The notes: generated by a model not told the origin, from the sequence alone. A stretch of DNA of 64,000 nt from the human T2T-CHM13v2.0 reference genome, Homo sapiens (GCF_009914755.1 NC_060930.1); one strand, 5' to 3'; shown: positions 36,151 through 62,871, counted from the stretch's first letter. A program made the numbers and translations.

Positions 36151-36875
36151 AGCCTGGCTTGTGGATGGTAATAAGTCACTGTTGATGGGTTGGGTGCAGG
36201 GAGGGATTTAAGTTCTTGAGCGACAGATGCTAGGGAGTTTACCTGCTCTGGATAACAGTATCTTGTGGAGGATAGTCACCTGGAAAACAGAAATGGCGTG
36301 ACTGTGTTGAATACACTGTTTGATGATTCTGGGCATCAGGTGAATAGGAAATGTGTAACGTTATGGATGAGTGTGTGCTCATCGGACAGTAGCAGTGCAT
36401 CTTAACAGTCGGCCTCTCAGTCCTCCTCTTCCTTAGAATCACCTATAGAGCTTTAAAATTTCCTGGATAATGTTAATGTGCAGCCAGCGATGATGACCAT
36501 TGGGCTACAGTCAAATCCAAGAGGCGCATCTCATCCTTTGTTCTGATGGACAGAAACCATTATTCTGACATCGTGCCTGTTGGAGACATTGTACCTTAAC
36601 TAGCATTTAATTCATGTGTGCTGGATTCGCTGAATGAAACTTACCAGCAGGGTACTGAATCTTGAATAATACAAGGAACGAGTAGAATAAGATAGTTCTC
36701 ATTTTATCCTTATCTAATCTAAGAAATCTAGCAATATTTCTCTGTTTAAGTTTTTTTTCTTCAACAAAAAACAAAATACATGTAAGAGGATTTTCTGACA
36801 CTGCTGGGGGCTCATAGAATTCTAGTGTCTAGTGTCTTTTCTGTCAGTTAATGTTACAAAGTTCAGTGGTGCTCC

Positions 36876-37746
<871 letters not shown>

Positions 37747-38509
37747 ATGTGTTTTTTACTTTTTAGTCAATGGGGCACTTCAGATTACAAGATCTGTGAC
37801 CCCCCCACAACCATTCCATGAACTATTGGTTCAGCATATAAGAGGACCCGTTTTCTGCCATTTCCTGCATGATGCCTCTAGCAAGCATTGCAATCACAAA
37901 GACCTGGGTTTTTAAAATTATTACAAAGAAAAGGAAAGCTTCAGTAGTATGTTGATTAAAGGAATGTCTAGAAAAGGGGAATGGGATATGAGAACCAGGT
38001 TACACCAAATTGACAGTTTATGAAAAAATAGTAACCAAGAATATGATACTAATTTTGACTAATTGGTTTTGAATAGACATGGCTTTATTCATTTAAGACA
38101 AGCATCTCCATATTTGTGGAGTTTATTCTAGAGGAAAATACAGTTTCTCAGGTGATGGTATTGTGGAGAAAAAGAAATCAGAGAAGGGCAATATGGAGTA
38201 GGGTAGAGTGAGGAATGGGTGTTGAGTTTTAAATAGGATGAATGCGGAAGACTTTACCATTATTTAAGCAAAGACTAAGGAATGAGGAGTGAATCACGGG
38301 GATTCCAGAGAAGGAACATTCTAGGAAGGAAATATGCCTTGTTTTGGAAGCCATGAAGAGCTCTATACTGTTGACTAGAGATTTGTATTTTGGGTCTGTG
38401 ACAAATACACCAGGATGATCAGAATCTAGCCAGGAAGGGGTAGAGTTCATGAGAGGAAGGAAGTTGACATTGGCTGGTAAAAACAGACTCTTAAAAGAAA
38501 CCTCTTTCA

Positions 38510-39152
<643 letters not shown>

Positions 39153-39296
39153 TGGCTTTTAAAAGAATATTTTTACTGACATTGAAAGTAATCTTGTATG
39201 TATGTGCTTATGGTAGAGGGAAGAAGAGAAAAGCTAGTGAAAGGAGAAGAAAGCTGACTTCCTGGAAGCTGTTGCAAAAAAAAGAATGATAGAATA

Positions 39297-39616
<320 letters not shown>

Positions 39617-40102
39617 TAGGTGGCATACTTTCCAACTTTTTTCACAACACTCTATCTTAAGAGATTTCTATATTAATATACAGTGTCTTCATTTGTATAT
39701 GGATATACCATAATATATTTAAGCCATTTCCTGGTGATGAACACTTGGGCTTTACTCATTTCCTGGTGATAGACACTAGGTTGTTTCTAATCTTTCACCA
39801 CCACAAACAATGCAGTGAATAACTGTGTGTATGTATCATATATACATACACATATATATACACACACACAATTATATATGTACAGTTAACTATATATATA
39901 GCTTTATATATAAATATATACACACATAATCATATATATATACAGTAAACATATAACTGAAGAAACATATTTTTCCTTCATTCCCTGTATATAACACTAT
40001 TACACAGAAAAATTTTGTTTTATTAAATAGCTAATGTCTGTTTTTTCCTAAAGTGTCACATTTCTTTAGGTCAGATGAACATAGATTAACAATCACATTT
40101 TA

Positions 40103-41071
<969 letters not shown>

Positions 41072-41256
41072 GCCACCTTGTTGAGCATTTTGCCTTTACT
41101 CTGCTTTGTATCGGGTGGTGGATTTGGGTGGTGCTTATATATTGAGAGAAGGTTTATTTGCAGCTGAATTGTGCAGAAATGACTTTTATGGGAGTTGGCC
41201 TGGGTGAGCAGAACTAGCACTAGGTTATTCCTGATAACTTCTTTCTCTTTTTATAG

Positions 41257-41327
41257 ACCTGCTTTGCTCAGAAAGGGAGATCAGGAGACCAGGTGATGCT
41301 GTAGCAAATGTCAGAGTCGAGTCCTAG
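41257..41327 (+). other. candidate internal exon (71 nt)
   Basis: ctgataac branch-like motif, pyrimidine tract ttctttctctttttatAG, donor AG/GTAATA. Confidence 0.5.
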
Positions 41328-41466
41328 GTAATATCCCACCTTTCCAGGATCTGCCTGCTTCATGGCAGCTGCCCCAATCTCCTTCACTTGGGCTAGACCC
41401 TGCCTAGCACACCACTAGTCACATGCATCTACTCAGGAATTGCAAGACCCTTCTATAGATGAATGA

Positions 41467-42194
<728 letters not shown>

Positions 42195-42294
42195 GAACGT
42201 TGGGTGTTTGAGGATGTGGTTGTGAACTGGGTTCTGGTAGAGTCAGGGCTTGCTCAAGACTTACCTTTTTCGGAATGAGATTTAAATATGGACC

Positions 42295-43800
<1,506 letters not shown>

Positions 43801-43974
43801 AAACTTCTATTTTTAAAATGAAGACCCTTCTCTGGATCTGCTAATCTTTGTAGGGATAGTAGATAAATGGGAAGATGTATTCAAAATTAATTCTTGAACT
43901 ACTCAATGCTTCTGGGGTTTTTTGGGTGTGTGTGTAAATAAGGTAATACTTAAAAAAAATGAATTGTTTTCTAG

Positions 43975-44078
43975 GTGGACAAGGTGGAGGAGAGAGAATT
44001 CCTTGGCAGTAGCATTATGAACAAATGCAGGGCTGAGAAACAGCATGGTGGCCTTGACTAAGTTTATGGCGACAGCAG
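43975..44078 (+). other. candidate internal exon (104 nt)
   Basis: ttgttttctAG acceptor, consensus donor CAG/GTAAGT. Confidence 0.55.
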
Positions 44079-44138
44079 GTAAGTCTGGAGAGAAAGCTTT
44101 ACAGGACATGTGGGTGGCTTGGACATGCTTCTCCTAGC

Positions 44139-44593
<455 letters not shown>

Positions 44594-45315
44594 ACTCAAC
44601 TCTAGGCAGTGGTTTCTTAATAGGCAGGTAGTATAACCAGATTATGTCTTAGATTATAGTTATAATATGGAGAATGCATTGAACAGGGACAAGACCAAAA
44701 ACAGTAAAATCAGTCAAAAGACTCTCGGAATAATCTAGGTAGGTGTGTGTAAACTTTGGCCCCCCTTTAGTTATCAGTCCTTAATTCTACTCTGATTTTT
44801 TTCAGTTAGGATGTTTATTTGATTAGTACCATAAAGACCAAGTAACAATGATTAAGCAAGATAGAAAATTTTCTTTGTCATATAAATGTGCTGTTGAAGG
44901 GCAAACCAGAGACTTCTAGAAGCCCTTCTCCACAAAGTTCTCCAGGGGTCTATGTTCTTCTAGCTGCTTTTGGACCTCCTGAGGATTGCCTTGTTCACAT
45001 GGGTGAAACAGAATCACAGCCTGCAGGAAGGGGAAAGAAAATATTGTGACTTAGAAGCTTCCTTTTAAGCAATGACAGAATGAAAGTTGCATATAACACT
45101 TTGGCTCACATTCTATGTTAAGCTAAAACTTGGGAGATTCTGACATCAAAGACGCCACGTATTTAGGAAAGAGTTTATAGGCATAAAGAGTGGGAAATTT
45201 TTCAGCTACAGCTCAGCCTTTCTTGTACATCAGTGTCCTCGCATGGGGAAAGAAGAGAGTAGTGCTTGAATGGGAGGAGTGAAAGAAAACTTGTACAACA
45301 TCAGAGAATCCCTGC

Positions 45316-45744
45316 TGTACTAGTTTATTAATGCTGCCGTAACAAAATATCACAACTGAGCGACTTAAACAACAAAAGTGTCTTTGTCTCACAGTTCTGG
45401 AGGCTAGAAATCCAAAATCAAGGTTTCAGTAGAGTTGATTCCTTCTGAGGGCAATGAGGGAAAGATCTGTTCCAGCTTCTCTGCTTGGCTTGTAGATAGC
45501 CATTCTTTCCTATGTCCCTTCACCTTGTATTCTCTCTTTGTATGTCTGTATCCAAATTTTCCCTTTTTAAAAGGACACCGGCCATATTAGGATGGGTTAG
45601 GTCACATTCTAATGACCTACTTTCAGTTGACCTCACTGTAACTCTCTAAAGGCACTGTCTCCAAATAAGGGTCACATTCTGAGGTACCAAGTTTTAGGAC
45701 TTCAACGTATGAATTTTGGTGGAACACAGTTCAACCCATGATAT
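45316..45744 (-). mobile_element. MaLR LTR (MLT1-like)
   Basis: gctgccgtaacaaaatatcacaa...tctcacagttctggaggctagaaatcc...ggacttcaacgtatgaattttgg. Confidence 0.85.
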
Positions 45745-46257
45745 CTGCTAGTAAGGGAGCTTGCAAATATGACTAATTTCTAACCAGTTTCTAACATCCC
45801 ATTTGACAGCAGGGAATTCCATATTTAAGGAAACTATTCATATTAACATTTAACATGGTTTTATGGCCGCCCAAAATCAATTTGTCACACTTCTCTTTTT
45901 TGATGTTTAAAGGGCACAGACACCAAAAGCTGAGACTCTGAACTTGATCAGCGTATTTTCAAATTTCAGGAATTCTTCTCATCAGAGAGCCTAACTTGGA
46001 AATGACCATTTACCTTTTCCAAATTTTCTTAACCCATAAAGAGGTTAAGGCCAACATAAGGGAGCTAATACATCTGCTGATTGAAAGTCAGATTATCTCA
46101 ACTGCAAAAAAAAGTTGGGGCTTGAGTTAGATATTAAAAAAATAAAAATGATTCACTGTGAAAAGTGGTACAAAACTATGTTAAACATAACATTGTTGGG
46201 ACAAAACAAAAATTAATTTTATTGAAAGACTGACTTTTTAAAGTTTTTTAGCTTGTT

Positions 46258-47979
<1,722 letters not shown>

Positions 47980-48781
47980 TTATTATTTGACGTGATGGCA
48001 GACAGAGGGGATGAAAAGGAGCAGACATCCTTTTTGTGAAAACATTTAGGCCCTCAAGTCAAGAAACTAGGGCTTGAAAGCCCTTGTTTTTGGACTCTAA
48101 GGATCTCATGAAAGCTGTGGACTGACTCTTCAGAAAAATACACATACACTTGATATTTTGCACGAGTTTCTTGGTGTTCATGGGTACCCTTCAGGCAAGT
48201 GAAATATATTATCTGTCTCAAACTGCATTCTTCTTTGATTTCCTTCACCACAGTGGCTGGAGAACTAAAAATTCTTTCTTTTTCTGATTTCTCTGTAGTT
48301 GGGGTAACATGTGACCTGGATCTGATCATTGTGATTCAAGTCAGCGTCATTTAGGGTTTTCGGGAAACATTTTTTGAAAGGGAGCAACTTGGCTGGAACA
48401 CTCCATCAATTCTTTGCCCTGTGCATTTTTGCCCTTCTTTCTGCCTCTCAGGAATGCAGAGAGAATTCCTGGAGGAACAGCAGCTATCATACATCCGTGA
48501 TGATGAAAGCCATGGGACAAAGGCAATTGAGCAAGAAGACAGGAGCTGGGGACATTCTTGACAGTAGTGCCACCTCTGGATGATTTACCTTGGGACCTCT
48601 TATTAAATGAGATAGGACTTCTTCCTGTTTAATCCACTGGAGTGGAATTTTCTGTTACAGTGAATGCAGTCCTAATTGATGATATTGGCTAATACATATT
48701 AGCACCTGCTATGTCCCAGTACAGTTTAAGCATTTTATCTACTAATGTTTTAAATTTTCTCAGTGACCTTATGAGATAGGC

Positions 48782-48968
48782 CAAAGGTTCTCAGAGTGTG
48801 GTTCCTGGACCAGCAACATCAGCATCACCTGGAAACTTGTTAGAAATACAAATTTTAGGGCCTGGCCCTAGACCCACTGAATCAGAAACTCTAGGGGTGA
48901 GGACCTAGCAGTCTGTTTAAAAAGCCCTCCATGCTATTTTGATGAATGCCAAAGTTGGACAGCTACTG
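48782..48968. mobile_element. MER5A inside a MIR
   Basis: cagcatcacctggaaacttgttagaaatacaaatt...actgaatcagaaactct. Confidence 0.85.
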
Positions 48969-49325
48969 AGATAGGGTATTGTTATTATCCCCATTTTACA
49001 GATAAGGAAACAGCTGAATTTATGTCACTTGCCCAATGTCACACAACTAGCAAGACTGACTCCTTGAAGCTCATCACATGTAAGAACTGCTTTAGAGCAG
49101 TGGTCTTCAAACTTTGAAAGCATATCCTGTTGAAAAATTATGTATCCACTTCTACATTTTTAAGTTGACATCTTAAAATTTCACATCATAAGTTTAAACA
49201 GTTGTAAAAAATGTGATTTCTGGTATATTGTGAATTATGACATTTTAAAATGTATTCCATCACTCCTCTAAATGTATTCAGTGGTTTCTAAATACCATAG
49301 TGATTTAAATCTATCATCAATTTAA

Positions 49326-50461
<1,136 letters not shown>

Positions 50462-50935
50462 TAATATTTTCTTATTCGTATTTCCATGGCAGAATATTCC
50501 TCACTGCTAGAATGAGACCAGAGGTCAAAATCAGCTCTATGTCTGTTTGTCATTCTTATGGATATGAGAAATTGTGTTCACACAAGTAGATAGGAATGAA
50601 AGGAATTTTGAAATAGAAATGCAGTTCTAATTTTTCTAACTTCCATATTACGTGCCAAAAATCACATAATAATCTATCGTAAGATTCTCTAGTCCTCTCT
50701 CATCTGGTGATCTTCTTTTCCACGCTTTCTTTGCAACCCCCTCATGTGGCCAACATTTAGAGTAATGTTTTCCAACTTCTTTTTCTTCAGCTCACAGTAA
50801 TAAATACATTTTACATCTTGACTCCTGAATGTATATGAATTTATAACGGAAGGTTTTATAATTCACTCCTTTCCCTTGCTACTTATAAGTAAAAGTAAAA
50901 AGTTAGTATTAAATATGCATTTAATCATATTTAAA

Positions 50936-51749
<814 letters not shown>

Positions 51750-51750
<1 letters not shown>

Positions 51751-51928
51751 ATTTATTTATTTTATTTTATTTATTTATTTTTTTGAGATGGAGTCTTGCT
51801 CTGTCGCCCAGGCTAGAGTGCAGTGGCGCGATCTCAGCTCACTGAAACCTCTGCCTCCCGGGTTCAAGTGATTCTCCTGCCTCCGCCACGTGAGTAGCTG
51901 GGATTACAGGCGTGTACCACCATGCTCA
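51750..51928 (-). mobile_element. Alu right arm only
   Basis: Alu consensus ends abruptly. Confidence 0.88.
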
Positions 51929-53375
51929 GACAAATAAAACTGGAAAGATAGACTGAGGCTAGAATAAGGAAGGGCTTGGATGTTACCCCAAGGATTATAT
52001 TTAGAGGTAATCAAAAGGAGTTAGGGGAGTTTCAAGCTGGGGAAGGGCCTGATAAACTTATTTGGGGGAGGTGCTGTTAATCTGGAGTCTAGAATGGTGG
52101 GGATAATAACTAGGGTCAGTTAAAAGACAATATAACAGAACTTAAGGCATGACACATTATGGGCATGCAGTAAGCATTTGTTAAATGAATAAGGAGTTAA
52201 ACTATAGAGAGGATATTGGGGCTTGAATGGAAGACTTAAGAGAGTTTTAGAAACGAGGGATCATTAGGAATTGTCTTTGAAGGGCGAGAAGTAAATATGG
52301 AGAATTTAAAGAAACTCCTCCCTTTTTCCCCACTTACTTCTTAGGCGATGCCTCTTCATGGGTGGTGGATGAAGAAACTGAACAGGGCCATGATCCTTAT
52401 CTGTAATTTCCCGGCTACCACACTGCTTTGGTGGTCTTCCCTCGTCTCTTCCTGGGTAGAAACAACTACCTGGAGATCCCAATGTTCTTGTCAGTGCACT
52501 TTTCATGGACTGCAGTGGTAAGACGATGTGTTGGATGCCCAAACACAAACCAAGTAAGTCCTGGATTTAAAAAGGAAGGGCTAAATGTCATTACTAACCT
52601 GAGCCTCAGTGCTCCCTCCCCTCATTTCCCTCACAACTACTTCTTCCTGCTGACATCCACCAAACTTTACTATGTGACCTTTAGAACTGGGGGACTCTGA
52701 AACCAGAGAGAGCCCTGAAAAGAACTTATACCCCTCTCTCTCTCTCTCTTTAGCCTACTTCATACTGGGTGGAATTTTTATGATTAGCGCCCTTCTCCTC
52801 TCATTCTGCTTGAACTTTTTGTTGCTGACCTTCCCTCAGTTATTCCCTGAGACCCAGAAACAGTATATTTTCTGTGCATCCATCTGCATTGTCACAGGTA
52901 AAGAGAGGCAGGAATAAATTCCGAATGTCTTGGCCTTGGGGTGAGGGTGGAAGAGGCTTAATTAGCCTCTTAAAAAGTTTTCAGGAGAGTACAAGGGAAA
53001 AGGAGAAGCTAGGAGAAAAAATGGTCTGAAAGGAGGGAGAAGAAGAATGAGGGGAGGTGATGAAATAATTTGGTTCCCTGATCATAATACTACAGTTAAA
53101 TCTTTAAGTATTGATAAGCTAATTAGCAGATTGATCTCTCCCTTCTTTTTTGGGGTTGACAAGTACTTTTGTGTTCTTCTCCTTACTTATGCACTATACA
53201 CAAATTTTGAAAGTGAGTCAGGGACCTGACCCAACAAAAGTCACTTATAAGTTTCCTTACTTCATAAATTCATTCAGCTATGCTCTATTTCTGCTATCTG
53301 GTGAGTGATCATTGGATTCTGTGAGGCCGAAGAGGGAGAGTTAACCTCCCAGGAAGTGGATAAAGCTAATTTCTG

Positions 53376-54123
<748 letters not shown>

Positions 54124-54374
54124 CATACATGACTTCTTATGGTTCAGTGACCTATTTTTAAAAATATATCCTTCTCCAAAAAAAAAAGGACCAAAAAAAA
54201 TCCTTTCTTGATTTTTTTCCCTGCACTTCACTTTTACCACCTGAACACCAGAAGAGGGATTGGGAAGCAATCCCTGTGCACCAAACATACCTCGAAAAAG
54301 GGATAGAATCCAGAGTATGGGAAAGAATTGTTTCCTTTTCTTGACAATAGAAAAAGTCTGAAGACATTCTGTCA

Positions 54375-54550
54375 GACCAACTGCATGATGTGTGAGGCCC
54401 AGTGTAAAATGAAAATACAGAGTCTCTTGTTCAAAAATTATTAACAATCTCCAGATGGTGATAGCAGAGCATTGAACCAATTGTGGGGCTCTTCTGGGTG
54501 CAGGGCCATTTGCAACTGTAGAAGTTAACATGCCCATGAAGCTAGTCTGG
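54375..54550. mobile_element. MER45-like hAT element
   Basis: cagtgtaaaatgaaaatacag...ttgttcaaaaattatt...catgcccatgaagctag. Confidence 0.65.
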
Positions 54551-55172
54551 ACATCTTTAGAGTGATGATAAAAATGTACATGAGTAACTCACACTTTAGT
54601 GCCTGGACTCTTAAGCTATTTGAAAATTAGCAATTGTCATCATTGAGTCATCAGTATAATTACTGTTTTCTAGGAGCCCTCTACCTTCGCAATTCCCGGT
54701 GCTGTGGAGCTGTCAGAGTTTTAACATCTCAACCAAGCCACATGGATACTATTTCCTCAGAAAAGACAAAATTGATCCAAGCAGAAGAGTGAACTCACCG
54801 AAGAGGACTCTCTACCCATAACTGGGGATGCCTCAGCCACTCACACTTACTCCAAGATTAGTGTCACTGATTATGGAAAGAATTGACTTCTTCCCCTGGT
54901 CTTGCTCATTTTTCTAGAGCCCAGGACAATAAATGTGTTTTACGGCAGAGAAAAGTGAAGACGGGTGGAATTGTGTGTGTTGAGAGAGAAGCAGATAGGC
55001 AATCTTACGCTTTGGCTCCTAGATTATGCAGGTGCCTCTTTTCTATCATCTCCATAAATCCTACCCTTACTGCGCTTCCTATTCTGCAGGGGTATTTTGT
55101 TGTCCATAACAGAACTCCTCCTCTGTCTGTAAAGTTTAGGTTTTGATAAAAAATCCTCTTCCCTCCAGAAGC

Positions 55173-55705
<533 letters not shown>

Positions 55706-56590
55706 TAAGTGTCTAGAATATTTTAAAGGCTATGGAAATAAAGCAGGAATATTTTCATGAAAGGCAGCTTATAAAGGATGAGGATGGTTTTCTCTTTAGG
55801 GTAAAGGAACTAATATTTATTAAGCACTTACTATTTATCAGGCAGTATGTGACATACAATGTATGTGGGAGTGTGTGTGTGTCTTTCCTCACAATTATTT
55901 TATAGAGTAGGGGTTAGTACAATGAAGATGTTGTAGCTTAGAGAGAGGAAGTGGCAAAACCAGAATTGGAAAACAAGACTGTTGGGCTCCAAGGTCCATG
56001 CACTTTTCCCCTTTAAAGGTCTTAGGTAAAGAGTAGACCCATTTGGATAGGCCCAAACTAACAGTCTATCTCCAGAGTCCTTGTCCTAAATTCTTTACCC
56101 CACTGCCTTCTGAGAGGAAGTTCATCTTTTTACCAGGGAGTAGCCACCTTCAGAAGAATTCTCCTGTCTATATAACCAAATTAATAGAATCCTGGTAAAT
56201 CAACTGGAATGTTAACTGTTCTGATTTTCAACTGTTTTTACCTTCATCATTAATACTGAATATGGACTGTAGGTTGGATAACTGCTGTTCAAGGTAAGGA
56301 ACTCTGAGCAGCAGCCTTGAGCTACCAAGGCATTAAATAGGATTTTTGCTTAAAAATCCTATATTTTTGCTTAAAAATATTAAAAATATGACTGAGTATA
56401 TGTATATATTCCCCCCACATTCCAAAGATAAACACTGTTAAGCATGTAAAGCACATTTTACTGTATATATATGGGTGGCATATGTGTGTGAGTGTGTGTG
56501 TGTATACATATATACACATACACTTCTAGACATTTATATACATGTGTTGTGTGTATATGTTGTGTATGTTTTTAAAAAGGGATTGTCTTT

Positions 56591-57765
<1,175 letters not shown>

Positions 57766-57996
57766 ACTATGGTAGAAGTGGTAGGGGGAATTGAGGGAAT
57801 GGGGGAAAGGAAAGGCCAAAGACTTTTTCTATGCCTTTTAATACTTTCTCATTTTTGAACCATCTGAATATATATGACTTGGGCAAAAAAAATTTAAGCA
57901 AAAAATATTGCATCTGTTTCTTTCATTGTAACTATGCTAAGTTTGGTGAAAATTGTTCTTTATTTTTAAATTTTGTTTTCTCTTACACTAAACTAT

Positions 57997-59545
<1,549 letters not shown>

Positions 59546-59562
59546 AAAAAGAAAAGACAGCT

Positions 59563-59868
59563 GGCCAGGCACGGTGGCTCACACCTGTAATCCCAGCACT
59601 TTGGGAGGCTGAGGCGGGTGCATCACCTGAGGTCAGGAGTTCGAGACCAGCCTGACCAAAATGGAGAAACCCCGTCTCTACTAAAAATACAAAATTAGCT
59701 GGGCGTGGTGGCGCATGCCTGTAATCCCAGCTACTCAGGAGGCTGAGGCAGGAGAATAGCTTGAACCTGGGAGGTGGAGCTTACAGTGAGCCACCGAGAT
59801 TGTGTCATTGCACTCCAGCCTGGGCAACAAGAGCAAATCTCCATCTCAAAGAAAAGACAAGACAAGAC
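59563..59868 (+). mobile_element. AluSp
   Basis: Alu consensus. Confidence 0.93.
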
Positions 59869-60161
59869 ACCTTTGAGGTCCTCTTCTGGTCCTCTGCACC
59901 AGAAAGCTTGGGAGAGTGGGGACATATTTTTCCCCCATTGCTGCATTCCTAGTAACTAGATGTGTGCTGCAAAAAAAAAAAAATAGTTTAAGGAATGAAT
60001 TGGTAGCTATTGTTATATGTAAATGTGAAATTAATATCTACAAATACATATCTGTATTTATAAATTGTACTTACGTAGAGAAACAAAAAAATAAAAATAA
60101 TTGTAATTACATACTTAGGGAATATATGCTTCTATTAATCTAAAATTTAATTATTAGCGTC

Positions 60162-60335
60162 TTTTTTTTTTTTTTTTGAGACAGAGTTTCGCTCTTGTTG
60201 CCCAGGCTGGAATGCAATGGCACGATTTCAGCTTACCACAACCTCTGAGGCACGAGAATGGCTTGAACCCAGGAGGCGGAGGTTGCTGTGAGCATCACCC
60301 ACTGCCAGCCTGGGTGACTGAGCAAGACTGTCTAA

Positions 60336-60368
<33 letters not shown>

Positions 60369-60380
60369 ACAAACAACCAA
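60162..60380. mobile_element. fusion of two oppositely oriented Alu 3' ends
   Basis: minus Alu end 60162-60246 joined directly to plus Alu end 60246-60380 with a (CAA)n tail. Confidence 0.88.
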
Positions 60381-60546
60381 CAGAAATTAGAGTTGAGTAG
60401 AAATTTTCAGCATCACTAATAATCAGACAAATATAACAAAACCAAGTGACAGATACAATAGATTCAAATCTCTTGTGGCAGAGGTGTGCATTGGGTGGTG
60501 ACTTTAGGTTGCAGTTGGCCCTTCCATTAGGAAAAGTTACATAAAT

Positions 60547-60619
60547 TAACTTCTGTAGGGATCATTCCCTAATATTGATGTCATCAGCACTACGCTCTAA
60601 ACAACTGAGCTAACAGACC
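60547..60619 (-). pseudogene. decayed tRNA-Ile copy with GAT at the anticodon position
   Basis: revcomp GGTCTGTTAGCTCAGTTGTTTAGAGCGTAGTGCTGATGACATCAATATTAGGGAATGATCCCTACAGAAGTTA; D arm nearly intact, B box destroyed. Confidence 0.75.
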
Positions 60620-60683
60620 ACACAGAAAACAGACTGCTGTGTTTTCAGAAAGATCTGATTCAGGTAAAATCTATGTCATCTGG

Positions 60684-61031
60684 TGAATTAGTCCATTTTC
60701 ATGCTGCTGATAAAGACATACCCAAGACTGGGTAATTCATAAAGAAAAAGAGATTTAATGGACTCACAGTTCCACGTGACTGGGGAGGCCTCACAATCAT
60801 GGTGGAAGGCGAAAGGCACGTCTTAGGTGGTAGCAGACAAGAGAGCATGAGAGCCAAGTGAAAGGGGAAACCCCTTATGAAATCATCAGATCCTGTGAGA
60901 CTTATTCACTACCACAAGAACAGATCGGGGGAAACTGCCCCCGTGATTCAATTATCTCCCACAACACATGGGAATTACGGGAGCTACAATTCAAGATGAG
61001 ATTTAGGTGGGGACACAGCCAAACCATATCA
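60684..61031 (-). mobile_element. THE1 solo LTR (MaLR)
   Basis: revcomp starts TGATATGGTTTGGCTGTGTCCCCACC; 5-bp TSD TCTGG at 60679-60683 and 61032-61036. Confidence 0.93.
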
Positions 61032-61560
61032 TCTGGAGTTTCATTTCGAAACATAACAAAACCACTCATCCTCTTTTTCCTACCCCATCCACGTGACAGA
61101 AATAAAAGTAAGAAAACCAACCTTTGCTAGGGATGAATTATTCTCCTCTGTGGGAACTTAGTCTTTCTCAAACCTGAGTATTCTGGCTGTGAGGTTGCAA
61201 ATAAACATTCTCAGAAGGTGCTTCCTTCCCTGCGCCCCAACATCCCCAACCCTCTCAAGGCCAGGAACAAACTCAAAGCACTGAGGCAGCTCATGAAAGT
61301 GACCCAATTTGTGCTGCCACCTGGATCAGATAAATTTCAAGTGTGGAATCTTGGTGTTTGATCTCAACCTAGAAACATAACTATAAGGACAATAATCATC
61401 CAACATAGAAACAAATTAACTATCAGAACAATATCTAATTTCTGAGTTTCTCTGAAGGATGGCTCTAAAGGAAAGTGTGAGTTTCTTCTAAGAGAAAAGG
61501 GTACTAACCGATATAGTGGGAAAGGGCACTTTAAAATTTGCCAGGCATTTTCTTAGATAC

Positions 61561-61583
61561 TATATATATATATATATATATAT
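61561..61583. repeat. (TA)n microsatellite
   Basis: direct reading. Confidence 0.9.
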
Positions 61584-61799
61584 TTCTTTTAATCCTTACA
61601 ACTCCCTTCTATGAAGTAGGGATTATTATTTTTATTTAACAAATGAGGAAATCAAGATTCAGAGATTCAATGGGAAAGCCAGAATTAGGACATCTGATTG
61701 CTGAGTTCCAAAGTCCACTCTTTCAAATGCTCCTAGAGACACAAGGTCCTATGAATTTTAAAGGCAACAGAATTTAGTATGCTGTCATTTCAATCACTC

Positions 61800-62350
61800 T
61801 GGGAAATATGAGTATTCAGTAATGGTGTTGGGATTAGTGGTAGTCTGCTGGAACTAATGCAGAGTTGGATCTCTACCTCACATATTACACCAGAGGAAAA
61901 ATGAGATCAAATAATTAAATGTAAAAAAGAATATTCTAGAAGATACAAAGTTATTTTGTGAAATGACCTCATAATGGGGAAAGGCATATCTAAGTTAAAC
62001 ATAAAACTTGAAGAAAAGACTGATAACTTTGGTGGTTGCATAGATACCCATTTTCACATGTCCCAAGCCACCCCAAAGTTCAAAGACAACAAACTAGACT
62101 ACTTGTGATTCATGTCAAAACAAAGTTTAATCAAGCCATATTTAAAGAGACCCTACAAATCATAAGAGAAAGACCTAACAACTAAGTAGAAAAATTAGCA
62201 CAGAATACTATGCATGTAACAGAAAAGGAAATACAAATGGCTTTTAAACATATAAAAAGGTGCTCAAGGACAATATAACCAGTTAAATGCAAAATAAAAC
62301 TCCCTGAGGGATCATTTTCACATTTCAAACTGGAAAAAACAAGATAAACT
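61800..62350 (+). mobile_element. old L1 (L1ME-like) ORF2 remnant
   Basis: ttggatctctacctcacat, aaatacaaatggcttttaaacatataaaaaggtgctc. Confidence 0.65.
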
Positions 62351-62788
62351 CTGTTGAGAAGGACTCAACCATGCTCTTCAGAGTGTGTGAGAGACAGCCC
62401 TAGCTAAGGGTTGGGCTTTTCTTGTACAATCATTTGGAAACTATGAAAATCCTGGGGAGTGGCTCTTATTTCCTGGGAGGTACCTAGAACTAGAGTTTCT
62501 TACCTGTGGCCTTCCGGTCAAATAGCCTCAGAGGTTCAGTTCCTGGTGGAATTGAAAATCCTGGAGTAGGCCATGGATGTGAGCGGTGGATATGAGGGAT
62601 TTTTCCTTCTATTGGCAATCTGATAGGTTGTGGTAGAGAATCATTCACACACTACTGCCTGTTGAGGCGATTTCTTTAGATTTGAAGACAAAAAAACGTC
62701 AGTGTTAACGCAAAGGGGTAGAGAAACAATTAAGTTACCTTCGCGTACTTTTTAAATGCTGGTATTGAAAGGAGTCGAAAACTTAACC

Positions 62789-62871
62789 TACCGAGAGTGG
62801 GGTTCGAACCCACGCGGGCACCAGCCCATTGGATCTTAAGTCCAACGCCTTAACCACTCGGCCATCCCGGT
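62789..62871 (-). tRNA. TRL-TAA: tRNA-Leu(TAA)
   Basis: revcomp ACCGGGATGGCCGAGTGGTTAAGGCGTTGGACTTAAGATCCAATGGGCTGGTGCCCGCGTGGGTTCGAACCCCACTCTCGGTA; T4 at 62778-62781. Confidence 0.98.

Noticed and set aside
62543-62553. B-box-like GGTTCAGTTCC downstream of tRNA-Leu
   Set aside because: Imperfect match and no surrounding tRNA fold
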